Source of the DNA: Candidatus Poriferisocius sp.
GTDB lineage: Bacteria > Actinomycetota > Acidimicrobiia > Acidimicrobiales > Bin134
Length of the DNA stretch: 32,000 nucleotides
Assembly: GCF_965219815.1 (NCBI RefSeq)
Contig: NZ_OZ244791.1
Coordinates: 2,446,486 to 2,478,485, forward strand
Direction of reading: 5' to 3'
Below, one piece after another: positions 8,207 through 16,971 of this stretch (position 1 is its first letter; each line of letters begins with the position of its first letter). A model generated the notes under the pieces. The model searched no databases. It worked only from the letters and a program-made list of their open reading frames with translations, and was not told the DNA's origin. The position numbers and the translations under genes were made by a program.

Positions 8207-9436
8207 GTGTCTGTCCCGTCTTCTCCGCTTCGCGCCCTGTCTCATCGGGAATTCCGGCTGTTCTTCATCGGCGTGTCCATTGCCACCACCGGGCAGTTCA
8301 TGCAGTCGCTGGCGGTGCCCTTCTACATGAACCAGCTGACCGACTCGAATTGGTGGGTGGGCAGCTCGGCGTTCGCGGTGCTGATCCCGTCGCTGTTCAT
8401 GACCCCGGTGGCCGGTATCTGGAGCGACCGGATGAGCCGTAAGGCCCTCTTGTTCGGATCATTCTTCACCCAACTAGCCTGCTCGGCGGTATTCTTGGCA
8501 CTGTTCACCGCCGACCTCCTCACCCCGTGGCTGATGATCGGCATCCAGGTGGTGGTGGGGGTGGCATCGGGGTTCCAGTGGGCCCCCACCCAGGCAATGA
8601 CCGTGCTGTTGGTGCCGCCCGAAGATCTCTTGTCGGCGGTGCGCTTCGTGTCGCTGTCGTTCACCGCCGGGCGTGCGCTAGGCCCGGCGCTGGCCGGGCT
8701 CACTTTGCTCAATTGGGGTCCGGGACCGGCGTTCGCGGTGACCATTGTGGGCTTCGGCTTGGGTTTGGCCTTGATGGCTCCGATGAGGCTTCGGGCCACG
8801 GAACCGATTGAGCAAGAGCCGTTCTGGTTGCAGTTCCGCCACGGTTTGGATTACGTCAGGCGCCGTCCTGCCATGCGCCTGGTGATGTTCACCTCGTTCG
8901 TCGTGGCCAGTGTCGGAGCGGTCTTCGCGTTCGCCCTGGTGGAGAGCGTGGCTGACGATGTGTTCGCTCTCAGTGATGGCGGGCTGGGCTGGCTCACTGC
9001 GACGTTCGGTTTCGGGTCGATGCTGGCCGCGCTGTACGTGACCAGGTACGGCGATCGCCACGCCCGATCCCGGGTCGAGATGACAGCAGTGGGGGTGTAT
9101 GCCGTCGGGGTGTTGGTTACCGGGGCGACTTCTTGGCTGGTTATCGGCCTGTTGGGGTACTTGATCTTCGGAGCGGGCCATATGGCCCATGGCGTGACCA
9201 TGAACAGCGCCCTGCAAGTGCAGGTGGACGAGCAGTTTCGAGGCCGGGTCATGTCGGTGTGGCTGATGTCGGTGCTTTCCGGGCTGCCTATCGGCGCGTT
9301 CCTCGGGGGATTCTTGGGCGACCTGGTGTCCATGCGGTTCGTGGTGCTGGTGTACGGGGGATTGCTGGCTGTCTTTTGGGCGATCACGGTCATCCGGTCC
9401 CGCGGTTTCGCCGGCCTCGATCTCGGCTCCGGCTGA
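8207..9436 (+). CDS. MFS transporter (MFS_3 / EntS-like exporter family)
   Basis: About 12 predicted hydrophobic helices. The N-terminus LRALSHREFRLFFIGVSIATTGQFMQSLAVPFYM is typical of the 'transmembrane secretion effector' MFS subgroup. Confidence 0.9.
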   Translation: MSVPSSPLRALSHREFRLFFIGVSIATTGQFMQSLAVPFYMNQLTDSNWWVGSSAFAVLIPSLFMTPVAGIWSDRMSRKALLFGSFFTQLACSAVFLALFTADLLTPWLMIGIQVVVGVASGFQWAPTQAMTVLLVPPEDLLSAVRFVSLSFTAGRALGPALAGLTLLNWGPGPAFAVTIVGFGLGLALMAPMRLRATEPIEQEPFWLQFRHGLDYVRRRPAMRLVMFTSFVVASVGAVFAFALVESVADDVFALSDGGLGWLTATFGFGSMLAALYVTRYGDRHARSRVEMTAVGVYAVGVLVTGATSWLVIGLLGYLIFGAGHMAHGVTMNSALQVQVDEQFRGRVMSVWLMSVLSGLPIGAFLGGFLGDLVSMRFVVLVYGGLLAVFWAITVIRSRGFAGLDLGSG

Positions 9437-9454
9437 TCCATTGCGTGCTGGGCC

Positions 9455-10492
9455 GTGCTCGAGGAGTACGGTCGGAGGTCGATGGGAGAGAGCATTCAGG
9501 CCCCGGGGACTCGGCTGAGTCGAAGAGACCGGTTTCTTCACGAGCCCCGCTTTCGGGACTGGAATTGGGTGGAGACCAACTGGTTCTGCTTCTTCGTGCC
9601 TGAGGAGGCGATGGTCGGGCACCTGCGCTCGATGTGGCGGCCCACGCTGGGAGTGGTGGGGGCCAACGTGTTCGTGTATTCCAACCGAGGGCTGGGCGCC
9701 ACCGGGGCCTTGGCCAACGATATGCACGAGGACCGCTTTGCCATGCCCATGCCGCCCCACAACCTGGACGACTACCGCCTGGACAACGGCATCGCCGTGC
9801 GCCAGACCGAGGCGTTCCAGCGCTGGGAAGTCCGCTACGACGGCATCGACGGGACGGTGTTCGACTTGGAGTACACCGCGTTGATGCCGCCGGTGGAGGT
9901 GGGAGAGACCAAAGTGGCGGGAGCGGGGGAGGGGTTCGGGTCGATCCAGCGCTCAGATGCGGTCCTGGCCCACGGCCATATCGACCAGACCCTGCACGTT
10001 TCGGGGGAGGCGGTGGTGAACGGCGTGAGGTTTGAGGTGGACTGCGCGGTCAACCGCGATCACTCGTGGGGCCCCCGTCGGGAATCGGTGGCTCGGTTGG
10101 GCTGCGGCAACTTCGATGACGGCCATTGGGGCGACGATTTCCACTTCCTGGTCCAGACCCGCAATGACACTCCTGATTCCTGCGTGATCACGCACGGCTA
10201 CCTGTTGGATGGCGGGGACATTCTCCGCATCGCCGAGGGGACGGGCCGGTTCGAGCTCGACGGCTATCGCACCACTGCACTGGTCTATGAGATCGTCGAC
10301 GAGCGGGGCCGCAGCCACTGTTTCGAGGGCAGGGTGGCCCGCACCATTGAGAAGGTGTCCGCCAACGCGTTCTCGTGCAACGGCTTCGTGGATTGGAGCT
10401 ACGAGGGCGAGCCGGGTATCGGGGAATACCGCTGGCACTGGGGCGTCCGGGAGCTGCGGGAATGGTTGGCGGAAAGGGAGACACAGGCATGA
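9455..10492 (+). CDS. Conserved hypothetical protein (possibly DUF7064/7065- or CrtC/AttH-like beta-sandwich; unverified)
   Basis: 345-aa ORF with normal coding composition. The alternative start ATG 9482 is preceded by GGAGG. Its stop overlaps the ADH start (ATGA at 10489-10492). I recognise no catalytic motif beyond a NRDHSWGPR segment. Confidence 0.7.
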   Translation: MLEEYGRRSMGESIQAPGTRLSRRDRFLHEPRFRDWNWVETNWFCFFVPEEAMVGHLRSMWRPTLGVVGANVFVYSNRGLGATGALANDMHEDRFAMPMPPHNLDDYRLDNGIAVRQTEAFQRWEVRYDGIDGTVFDLEYTALMPPVEVGETKVAGAGEGFGSIQRSDAVLAHGHIDQTLHVSGEAVVNGVRFEVDCAVNRDHSWGPRRESVARLGCGNFDDGHWGDDFHFLVQTRNDTPDSCVITHGYLLDGGDILRIAEGTGRFELDGYRTTALVYEIVDERGRSHCFEGRVARTIEKVSANAFSCNGFVDWSYEGEPGIGEYRWHWGVRELREWLAERETQA

Positions 10493-11595
10493 AGACCCGG
10501 GCTGCGGTGTATCGGGAGCCGAATGTCCCGCTGGACATCGTCGAATTGGACATCTGCAACCTGGCCCCCCAAGACGTGCTGGTGCGGATCACCCACAGCG
10601 GGATCTGCCACAGCGACCTGCACGTGTACCACGGCAGCCGGGACTGGGAAACCCCCATGATCTTGGGCCACGAAGGGGCCGGGGTAGTGGAGGATGTGGG
10701 GGAGGGCGTCACCGGGATCAAGTCCGGCGACCGGGTGGTGCTGTCGCTGGTGGCCAGTTGTGGTCGATGCCGGTCGTGCGCCGCGGGTTTCGCCAACCGC
10801 TGCCAGGTGCTGCCCGCGTTCCCCATCGGCACCTACTACGACGGTGGCCATCGCTTCGAAAAGGACGGCGAGGTCCACCACTCGTTCTGCACGGTGGGCT
10901 CGTTTGCCGAGCACGCCGTGGTTCACTTCTCCAAGGCGGTGAGAGTGCCCGACGATGTGGGCTTGGACGTGGCCTGCCTGGTGGGTTGTGGCGTTCCCAC
11001 AGGGGTGGGTTCGGCCGTCAACACCGCCCAGGTCCGCCGGGGCAGCACCTGTGTGGTCTACGGCTGTGGCGGTGTCGGCCTAAACGTCATCCAGGGCTGT
11101 CGCCTCATGGGCGCAGCCGAGATCGTGGCGGTGGACTTGCTGGATGACAAGTTGGCTCTGGCCGAGAGATTCGGCGCCACCCGTACTTTGAACGCCACCG
11201 ACGACGATCCCGTGGCTGCGGTAATGGAGCTGACTGGAGGCAGAGGCGCCGACTACGCCTTCGAGGTGATCGGCACCGGAGCCACCTATAAGAACGCCTG
11301 GAACTCGATCGGCATGGGCGGGTTGGCCGTGATGGTGGGCGGGCCGCCCGCGGGGACCCCATTCCACATCGACGCTACCGAGATCTATTTCGGCAAGGCG
11401 CTCACCGGCAGCATGTACGGCAACTCCTCGCCCGCTCGGGACTTTCCGTGGATCTTCGATCTCTACCGTTCCGGCGAGCTCCTGCTCGACGAGCTGATCA
11501 CCCAGCACCGCCCCCTCAATGACGTCACCGCTGCTCTTGATGAGCTGGACACCGGCGGCGTGGTCCGCACTGTGCTCGACATCGGTGAGGAATAG
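10489..11595 (+). CDS. Zinc-dependent alcohol dehydrogenase (MDR superfamily, class III/mycothiol-dependent-like)
   Basis: Start at ATG 10489 (MKTRAAVY). Motifs: GICHSDLH, the Zn-ADH signature GHEGAGVVEDVGEGV, structural-Zn cysteines CGRCRSC..C, and the Rossmann motif GCGGVGL. Confidence 0.9.
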   Translation: MKTRAAVYREPNVPLDIVELDICNLAPQDVLVRITHSGICHSDLHVYHGSRDWETPMILGHEGAGVVEDVGEGVTGIKSGDRVVLSLVASCGRCRSCAAGFANRCQVLPAFPIGTYYDGGHRFEKDGEVHHSFCTVGSFAEHAVVHFSKAVRVPDDVGLDVACLVGCGVPTGVGSAVNTAQVRRGSTCVVYGCGGVGLNVIQGCRLMGAAEIVAVDLLDDKLALAERFGATRTLNATDDDPVAAVMELTGGRGADYAFEVIGTGATYKNAWNSIGMGGLAVMVGGPPAGTPFHIDATEIYFGKALTGSMYGNSSPARDFPWIFDLYRSGELLLDELITQHRPLNDVTAALDELDTGGVVRTVLDIGEE

Positions 11596-11604
11596 CCAGC
11601 TCGC

Positions 11605-12453
11605 TTACCCGAACTCTTCAATCCAGCGGGTGTAGTCGTCCAGCCCCGGCAGTACTTCGTCGGCTGAGCCGCCGTGGGGGAATCGCAGCACCACCTCGGT
11701 GATGCCGATGTCCCGGTAGTAGGCCAGCTTGCCGGGGTCGGGGTGAGTGCCGTAGGTGACGAGCTCCAGCTCGTCGAGGCTGCGTCCGGCCACCGCCATG
11801 GCCTCCGCCAACTCGGCCAGAGCAGCTCGCATTCCGGCGCCGCCAATGGGCATCCAGCCGTCGCCGAACTCGGCTATGTGGGCGAAGGTGGTTGGGCCGG
11901 GGGCAGCGCCGACGATGGTGCGGATGCGGGGCTGCTGGATGGGCTTGGGCCAGCTCCACGAGGGTTCCATGTGAACGAATTCTCCATGGAACTCGGCGAC
12001 CTCGTTGCCCCAGAGCGCCTGGGCACAGAGCATGTGCTCGCGTACCAGGGCTCGGCGCCGTCGAACGTCGATGCCGTGGTTCTCCATCTCCTCGTGATTC
12101 CAGCCGTAGCCCACGCCCAGCACCAGGCGACCCCCGCTCATCCAATCGAGGGTGGCGCACTGCTTGGCAAAGGTGATGGGATCGTGTTGGGCGGGCAGGG
12201 CGACCCCAACTCCCAGTCCCACGGACTCGGTGGCCTGGGCGCAGGCCGCCAAAGCGATATAGGGGTCCAAGGTGCGCAAGTAGGTCTCGGGCAGCACTTC
12301 CTCGCCGGTGGGGGGCGGTGTGCGGCGGCTGGTGGGGATGTGGGTGTGCTCGGGCAGGTAGATGCAGGCGTATCCTCGGGCCTCTGCTTCATGGGCCAGG
12401 CGCACCGGCGACATCGACCGGTCGGTGGTCTGCATCATCACCCCGAACCGCAT
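11605..12453 (-). CDS. LLM-class (luciferase-like) oxidoreductase, probably F420-dependent (Rv2161c-like subgroup)
   Basis: Start at ATG 12453 (MRFGVMMQT). Luciferase-like TIM-barrel pattern: YLPEHTHIP, SGGRLVLGVGYGWNHEEMENHG. The 47 upstream codons in the ORF track are probably non-coding. Confidence 0.85.
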   Translation of the reverse strand: MRFGVMMQTTDRSMSPVRLAHEAEARGYACIYLPEHTHIPTSRRTPPPTGEEVLPETYLRTLDPYIALAACAQATESVGLGVGVALPAQHDPITFAKQCATLDWMSGGRLVLGVGYGWNHEEMENHGIDVRRRRALVREHMLCAQALWGNEVAEFHGEFVHMEPSWSWPKPIQQPRIRTIVGAAPGPTTFAHIAEFGDGWMPIGGAGMRAALAELAEAMAVAGRSLDELELVTYGTHPDPGKLAYYRDIGITEVVLRFPHGGSADEVLPGLDDYTRWIEEFG

Positions 12454-12578
12454 GACCAGAGCGTATGTCGCTTGGGCTCTCCCCCTTGCTTTGGCAAAGC
12501 CGAGATCTCCTTTGCCAGCACATAGTCCCCTTGGGCTGCCAGTTTCGCTGCTGGCAGGGGTACTCTCGGGGCCAGCTA

Positions 12579-13187
12579 ATGGGACGCCAACCAAAGATCA
12601 GGCTGATAGCCACCACCGAAGTGCCTATGAGATGGGGTCGATTCGCCTGTCACGCCTTCGAGTCGATGGACGACGGCGAGGAGCACGTGGCGTTCACCCT
12701 CGGCGACATAACGGGAGCCGACGAGGTCTTGGTGCGGGTACACAGCGAGTGTCTCACTGGGGATGTGTTCGGCTCTTGGCGCTGCGACTGCGGGGCTCAG
12801 CTGCACGCGGCCATGGATGCCATCGCGGCCTGCGGCACCGGAGTGCTGGTGTACATGCGGGGCCATGAGGGAAGGGGCATCGGCATCGGGCACAAGATGC
12901 AGGCCTATGCCCTTCAGGATCAGGGCCGGGACACGGTGGACGCCAACTTGGAGTTGGGGCTACCGGTGGACGACCGCACCTACGGCATCGGGGCGGCCAT
13001 ACTGGCCGAGCTGGGGGTCACGCGAGTGGCGCTGATGACCAACAACCCCACCAAACACGACGGCTTGGCCTCCTTCGGCCTGGAGATTGCCCGCCGGATT
13101 CCCCTGGAAGTGCCCCCCAGAAGCGAGAACCTGGACTACCTCCGCACCAAACAACAACGCCTCGGCCATCTGCTGGATTTGGTGTAG
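12579..13187 (+). CDS. ribA: GTP cyclohydrolase II (monofunctional, no RibB domain)
   Basis: Start at ATG 12579. The Zn site is in VHSECLTGDVFGSWRCDCG. The motif YMRGHEGRGIG retains the Tyr, followed by QDQGRDTVDANLELG and MTNNPTK. Confidence 0.9.
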   Translation: MGRQPKIRLIATTEVPMRWGRFACHAFESMDDGEEHVAFTLGDITGADEVLVRVHSECLTGDVFGSWRCDCGAQLHAAMDAIAACGTGVLVYMRGHEGRGIGIGHKMQAYALQDQGRDTVDANLELGLPVDDRTYGIGAAILAELGVTRVALMTNNPTKHDGLASFGLEIARRIPLEVPPRSENLDYLRTKQQRLGHLLDLV

Positions 13188-13194
13188 TCGGAGG

Positions 13195-13938
13195 TCAGCT
13201 TTCCGACCTGGCCGCTGGTAACAGCGAAGCCGCCCCAGCATCTAGGACCACGGAGACGTCGGGGTGCAGTCGAATAGCCGAGGCCGGAGACTCAATCGAA
13301 ACGGGTCCTATGAGGGCATCACAGATTGGACGGGCCTTGTGGGCACCGAGTGCTACTAGAAGTATCGCTCTTGCTCGCAAGATGGTTCCGATTCCCTGAG
13401 ATATCGCCTGGCGGGGGACATCGTCAATCGAGGCGAAGAACCGGGCGTTGTCCCGTCGGGTCTTCTCGCTCAACGTGACGACGCTTGATAGCCCTTCGAA
13501 TGAAGAGCCTGGTTCGTTGAAGGCGATGTGCCCGTTGCCGCCGATACCGAGAAGTTGGATGTCGATGCAGGCCTCAGTGACAAGCTGCTCGTAGCGCTGA
13601 GCCTCGGCCTCGAGGTCGGGTGAGCTCCCGTCGGGTCCGAACAATGCGTCATCTCTCAGATCGACGAGGTCGGCGAGACCTGCCCTGATCACGTTTCGGA
13701 ATGCCTGCGGATGGTCGCAGTCGAGGCCGACGTACTCGTCAAGCAAATAGATGGACGTTTCAGCAAAGCTGAGCCCCCCGGCCTGGTACCGATCGACTAG
13801 CGATTGGTAGACGCCGACCATGGTGCTGCCGGTCGCCATCCCGAGGCGCGGCCGAGGTCGCGACCGGACGACGTTCTCCACAATGTCGGCTGCTTTGTCG
13901 GCCGCCTCTGCGGCATCCGCGGCGATGAAGACCTGCAC
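13195..13938 (-). CDS. nagB: Glucosamine-6-phosphate deaminase/isomerase family protein (NagB-like)
   Basis: Start at GTG 13938 (VQVFIAAD), 17 nt after the ABC ATPase stop. Motifs: GMATGST, YLLDEYVG, the signature QLLGIGGNGHIAFNEPGS, and AISQGI. Confidence 0.85.
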   Translation of the reverse strand: MQVFIAADAAEAADKAADIVENVVRSRPRPRLGMATGSTMVGVYQSLVDRYQAGGLSFAETSIYLLDEYVGLDCDHPQAFRNVIRAGLADLVDLRDDALFGPDGSSPDLEAEAQRYEQLVTEACIDIQLLGIGGNGHIAFNEPGSSFEGLSSVVTLSEKTRRDNARFFASIDDVPRQAISQGIGTILRARAILLVALGAHKARPICDALIGPVSIESPASAIRLHPDVSVVLDAGAASLLPAARSES

Positions 13939-13955
13939 GACTAGACCCCGGAGCG

Positions 13956-14717
13956 TCAGCCGGTGCTGCGGGCCCCGGTTATGTATGACACCAGGTCGTC
14001 TTTCGTGACGTCGGCCACGTCTACTTCGGCGCACTTCCGGCCTTGGTAGAGCACGACTGCCTGGTCGCAAACAGCCAGTACCCGGTCCATGTTGTGGGTG
14101 ATGAGCAGCACTGCTACCCCTTGGTCACGCAGGTTGATGATGAGATCCAGAACTCTCTGGGTCTGCTCGACTCCGAGGGCGGCAGCGGGCTCGTCGAGCA
14201 AGACGATCTGCTGGCCCCAGGCAACTGCCCGGCCAATGGCAACGGCTTGGCGCTGCCCGCCGGAAAGCGAGCCAACCGAGCGCCGCAGCGAGGGAATTCG
14301 AATGTCGAGACGAGCAAGCGTGTCGGCGCATTCGTTGCGCATGCGCCGTTTGTCGAGCAGGCCGATGCGGGCCCCCAACCATCCCCCTCGGGTGTGCTCT
14401 CGATTCAAGAAGAGGTTCTCTGCCACATCAAGCGGGTCGATCACCGACAGCGTTTGATGAACGGTTTCAATGCCCAGTTCTCGGGCGTGGCGGGAGGAGC
14501 CGATGCGGTGCTCTGACCCCTGAACGAATATGCGGCCAGCGTCAGGCTGGTACAGGCCGGAGATGCACTTCACCAGGGTTGATTTTCCTGCGCCGTTGTC
14601 GCCCAGCAGGGCAGTGACCCGGCCGTGGTGCAGTTCGATGGACACCTCGTCGAGGGCCTGCACAGCTCGGAATGACTTGGAGATTCCGGAGGCGACCAAC
14701 GCTGGGGCCGTACTCAT
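13956..14717 (-). CDS. Sugar (CUT2-type) ABC transporter ATP-binding protein, single NBD
   Basis: Walker A GDNGAGKST, signature LSGGQRQ, Walker B VLLDEP and an H-loop ITHN. The ATG overlaps the upstream stop (ATGA at 14714-14717). Confidence 0.92.
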   Translation of the reverse strand: MSTAPALVASGISKSFRAVQALDEVSIELHHGRVTALLGDNGAGKSTLVKCISGLYQPDAGRIFVQGSEHRIGSSRHARELGIETVHQTLSVIDPLDVAENLFLNREHTRGGWLGARIGLLDKRRMRNECADTLARLDIRIPSLRRSVGSLSGGQRQAVAIGRAVAWGQQIVLLDEPAAALGVEQTQRVLDLIINLRDQGVAVLLITHNMDRVLAVCDQAVVLYQGRKCAEVDVADVTKDDLVSYITGARSTG

Positions 14718-15928
14718 CGCTGGCCCTTCCAGGCCACAGGGTTGCCCAGCACATCCCAGACACCGGCCACCGACGCCGCTCCCGACCGCACACCGGCAAC
14801 GCCGACGACAAATGCCCTGGTCACAAAGGCCTGGATGCGGAAGCCGAAGACCACGGTGTCGCCCTCGTTGACGATGCGACCCGGTTCAGGCCTCAGCTTG
14901 GCGTAGTAGTCGATGGCGGCAGGGTCGGGCATGTCCACGGGCATCGCCTTTGTTGCCGCCTCGCTCGGGTCGTGAGCGACAACGGCAGTGGGCTGGTAGT
15001 CGCCGAATACGGGGTCGATGTAGAGACCGCCGCCGAAGCAGAACGGGATGCCCTGATGGATGTGGGCTATCTCGCTGACATAGCAAACCGCGGGTTGTTC
15101 GGGCAGGTCGCGAACCGCATGCAGGGGTGTGGTTCCGGTGAGGCCATGGCCCGGTTCCACTTGCGTGGCGCCCGCCTCGGCAAGCTGGGCCAGCACCGCC
15201 GTTGACGTGGTGCCCGGGGCATTGATCTGGAGCGTCCCTTGGTCTTCATGGCCGATGTGCTGTTGGGCGGTTTCTGCGGCCTGAGCCAGGGTGGCCATGT
15301 TGGGAGTGGTTCGTGCCCCGCCGCTGTCCGGGTCGAAGAGCAGCGCCGGGAACGTGGTAAGGCCGGCAAACCGGACCCCTGGCAGCCCGCTGATGTGGTC
15401 GAGCACTCTGGGCAACTCTTCGAGCGGGACGCCACCCTCGTGGCCCGAGTAGAACTCGTCGCCGGGAGCGAACACCCGTACCAGCAGATCTTGGACCCGT
15501 CCGAGGCGGGTGGCCGCAGCCGAGACTTCTGTAGCCTTGTTGGGCGAGAACACCGTCCAGTAGTCGGGCTGCATGGCCGCGGCTTCGCCGGTTTCGGCCG
15601 CGGGCACCTGCACGAGATGTCCGAGGTGTCCGAGATTGTGCCCGTGGGCGGCAATGGGCCGGGCGCAGGCCATGTCCACCGCCACATAGCCGTCAACCCC
15701 CGCGCCAGATATTGCTTCGAGTGCGCCCGGCGCCCTTCCCACCTGCTTGGTCATGGCGTACACGCTCAGCCCAAGCGCCCTCGCCTCACCCATGAGATGC
15801 GAGGTGTTGGCGGCCATGGCGTCGAGGTCCAATGCGTAGCTGTTGGCGGGAAGGGAACCGGCCCGGTGCAGCGCCACAACCGCCTCCACAAAGGCCGGGT
15901 TCTTGTCCATCAGGGGTCGCAGGAACAC
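14714..15928 (-). CDS. YhfX-like fold-type III (alanine-racemase-barrel) PLP-dependent enzyme, function unknown
   Basis: GTG at 15928. The N-terminus MFLRPLMDKNPAFVEAVVAL...LSVYAMTKQVGRAP and the later segments HLGHLVQVP, FAGLTTFP and VEPGHGLTG resemble my recollection of E. coli YhfX. The candidate PLP lysine is in MTKQ. Not HMM-verified. Confidence 0.72.
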   Translation of the reverse strand: MFLRPLMDKNPAFVEAVVALHRAGSLPANSYALDLDAMAANTSHLMGEARALGLSVYAMTKQVGRAPGALEAISGAGVDGYVAVDMACARPIAAHGHNLGHLGHLVQVPAAETGEAAAMQPDYWTVFSPNKATEVSAAATRLGRVQDLLVRVFAPGDEFYSGHEGGVPLEELPRVLDHISGLPGVRFAGLTTFPALLFDPDSGGARTTPNMATLAQAAETAQQHIGHEDQGTLQINAPGTTSTAVLAQLAEAGATQVEPGHGLTGTTPLHAVRDLPEQPAVCYVSEIAHIHQGIPFCFGGGLYIDPVFGDYQPTAVVAHDPSEAATKAMPVDMPDPAAIDYYAKLRPEPGRIVNEGDTVVFGFRIQAFVTRAFVVGVAGVRSGAASVAGVWDVLGNPVAWKGQR

Positions 15929-15930
15929 CG

Positions 15931-16971
15931 TCAGAGCTCCTTGGCTTCTCGCATGCTCAGGGCCACGGCCAAGATGATGATCACACCCCGGGCGATGAGC
16001 TGGTCGGCCACTTCGAGCCCCATGAGGATGAGGCCGTTGTTGAGCATGGCCATGATGAGGGCGCCGGTGACAGCTCCAAGTATGGATGCCCGGCCGCCGA
16101 ACAAGTTAGTTCCGCCGATCACCACCGCGGCGATGACGGTGAGCAGGTAGTCCTCCCCTAGATCGTGACGGCCGATGCTGAGGCGACCGGCGAGAAGAAT
16201 CCCGGCGAAGCCCGCCGCGGTCGCGCTGACCACCAGCGCGGAGATCTTCACCCGAGCGGTGTTGATTCCGACTGCGTTGGCTGCATCGCGGTCGGCACCG
16301 GTGGACAGCACATGGCGCCCCCAGCGCAGATGGTGCAGCGCAAAATGTCCCAGCGCTCCGACAATGACGATCCAGATCAGAAGCGAGGAGACAGGACCCA
16401 GACCTCCCGCGCCGAAAATCCCGCTGAACCGGTCGTTGCGAATGGGGAGCGACTGCAAGTCGTTCCAATTGCGGGCGATCCCGCTGATGATGCCCAGCAT
16501 TCCCAGGGTGACCAGAAAGGACGGGATTCGCACCTTCACCGAAATGAGCCCGTTCACCATCCCCACGAGCGCCGCTGCCCCGAGCGCGGCCAGCGCGCCA
16601 GCCAGGAATCCATAGTTGCCCACCATTTCCGCAGCCACCAGGGATGACAGCGCCACCACCGAGCCAACCGAGAGGTCGATCTCGCCTGCGGCAAGGGCGA
16701 AGGCCATCCCCACCGCCATGACCGCGATCGGCGCAGCCTGCCGACCGATGTTGAGCAGATTGGAGGAGCTGAGGAACCCGTCGTCATGCAGGAGGATGCT
16801 GAACGTGGCCAGGATCAGCGCAAAAGCCAAATAGACGACATACTGGCGAAGCCCGCCGTCATGTCGGTAGCGGTCGATCCAGGCCCCGACCGGGGAGGGG
16901 AGTCCGGTCGGGGCCTGTTTGCTAATCGACTTCCGAATCACCTGTTCAGGTTTAGCCGCCGAGGGCGTCAA
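15931..16971 (-). CDS. Sugar ABC transporter permease (RbsC/AraH-type)
   Basis: About 10 hydrophobic helices, with an RbsC-like pattern (GEIDLSVGS, GGTNLFGGRASILG). TTG start at 16971 with AAGAGG upstream, overlapping the end of the binding-protein gene by 20 nt. Confidence 0.9.
   Translation of the reverse strand: MTPSAAKPEQVIRKSISKQAPTGLPSPVGAWIDRYRHDGGLRQYVVYLAFALILATFSILLHDDGFLSSSNLLNIGRQAAPIAVMAVGMAFALAAGEIDLSVGSVVALSSLVAAEMVGNYGFLAGALAALGAAALVGMVNGLISVKVRIPSFLVTLGMLGIISGIARNWNDLQSLPIRNDRFSGIFGAGGLGPVSSLLIWIVIVGALGHFALHHLRWGRHVLSTGADRDAANAVGINTARVKISALVVSATAAGFAGILLAGRLSIGRHDLGEDYLLTVIAAVVIGGTNLFGGRASILGAVTGALIMAMLNNGLILMGLEVADQLIARGVIIILAVALSMREAKEL

Noticed and set aside
12454-12578. 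FMN riboswitch upstream of the GTP cyclohydrolase II gene
   Set aside because: The region is only 125 bp. I cannot find the conserved FMN-element segments, so it holds only two simple hairpins.
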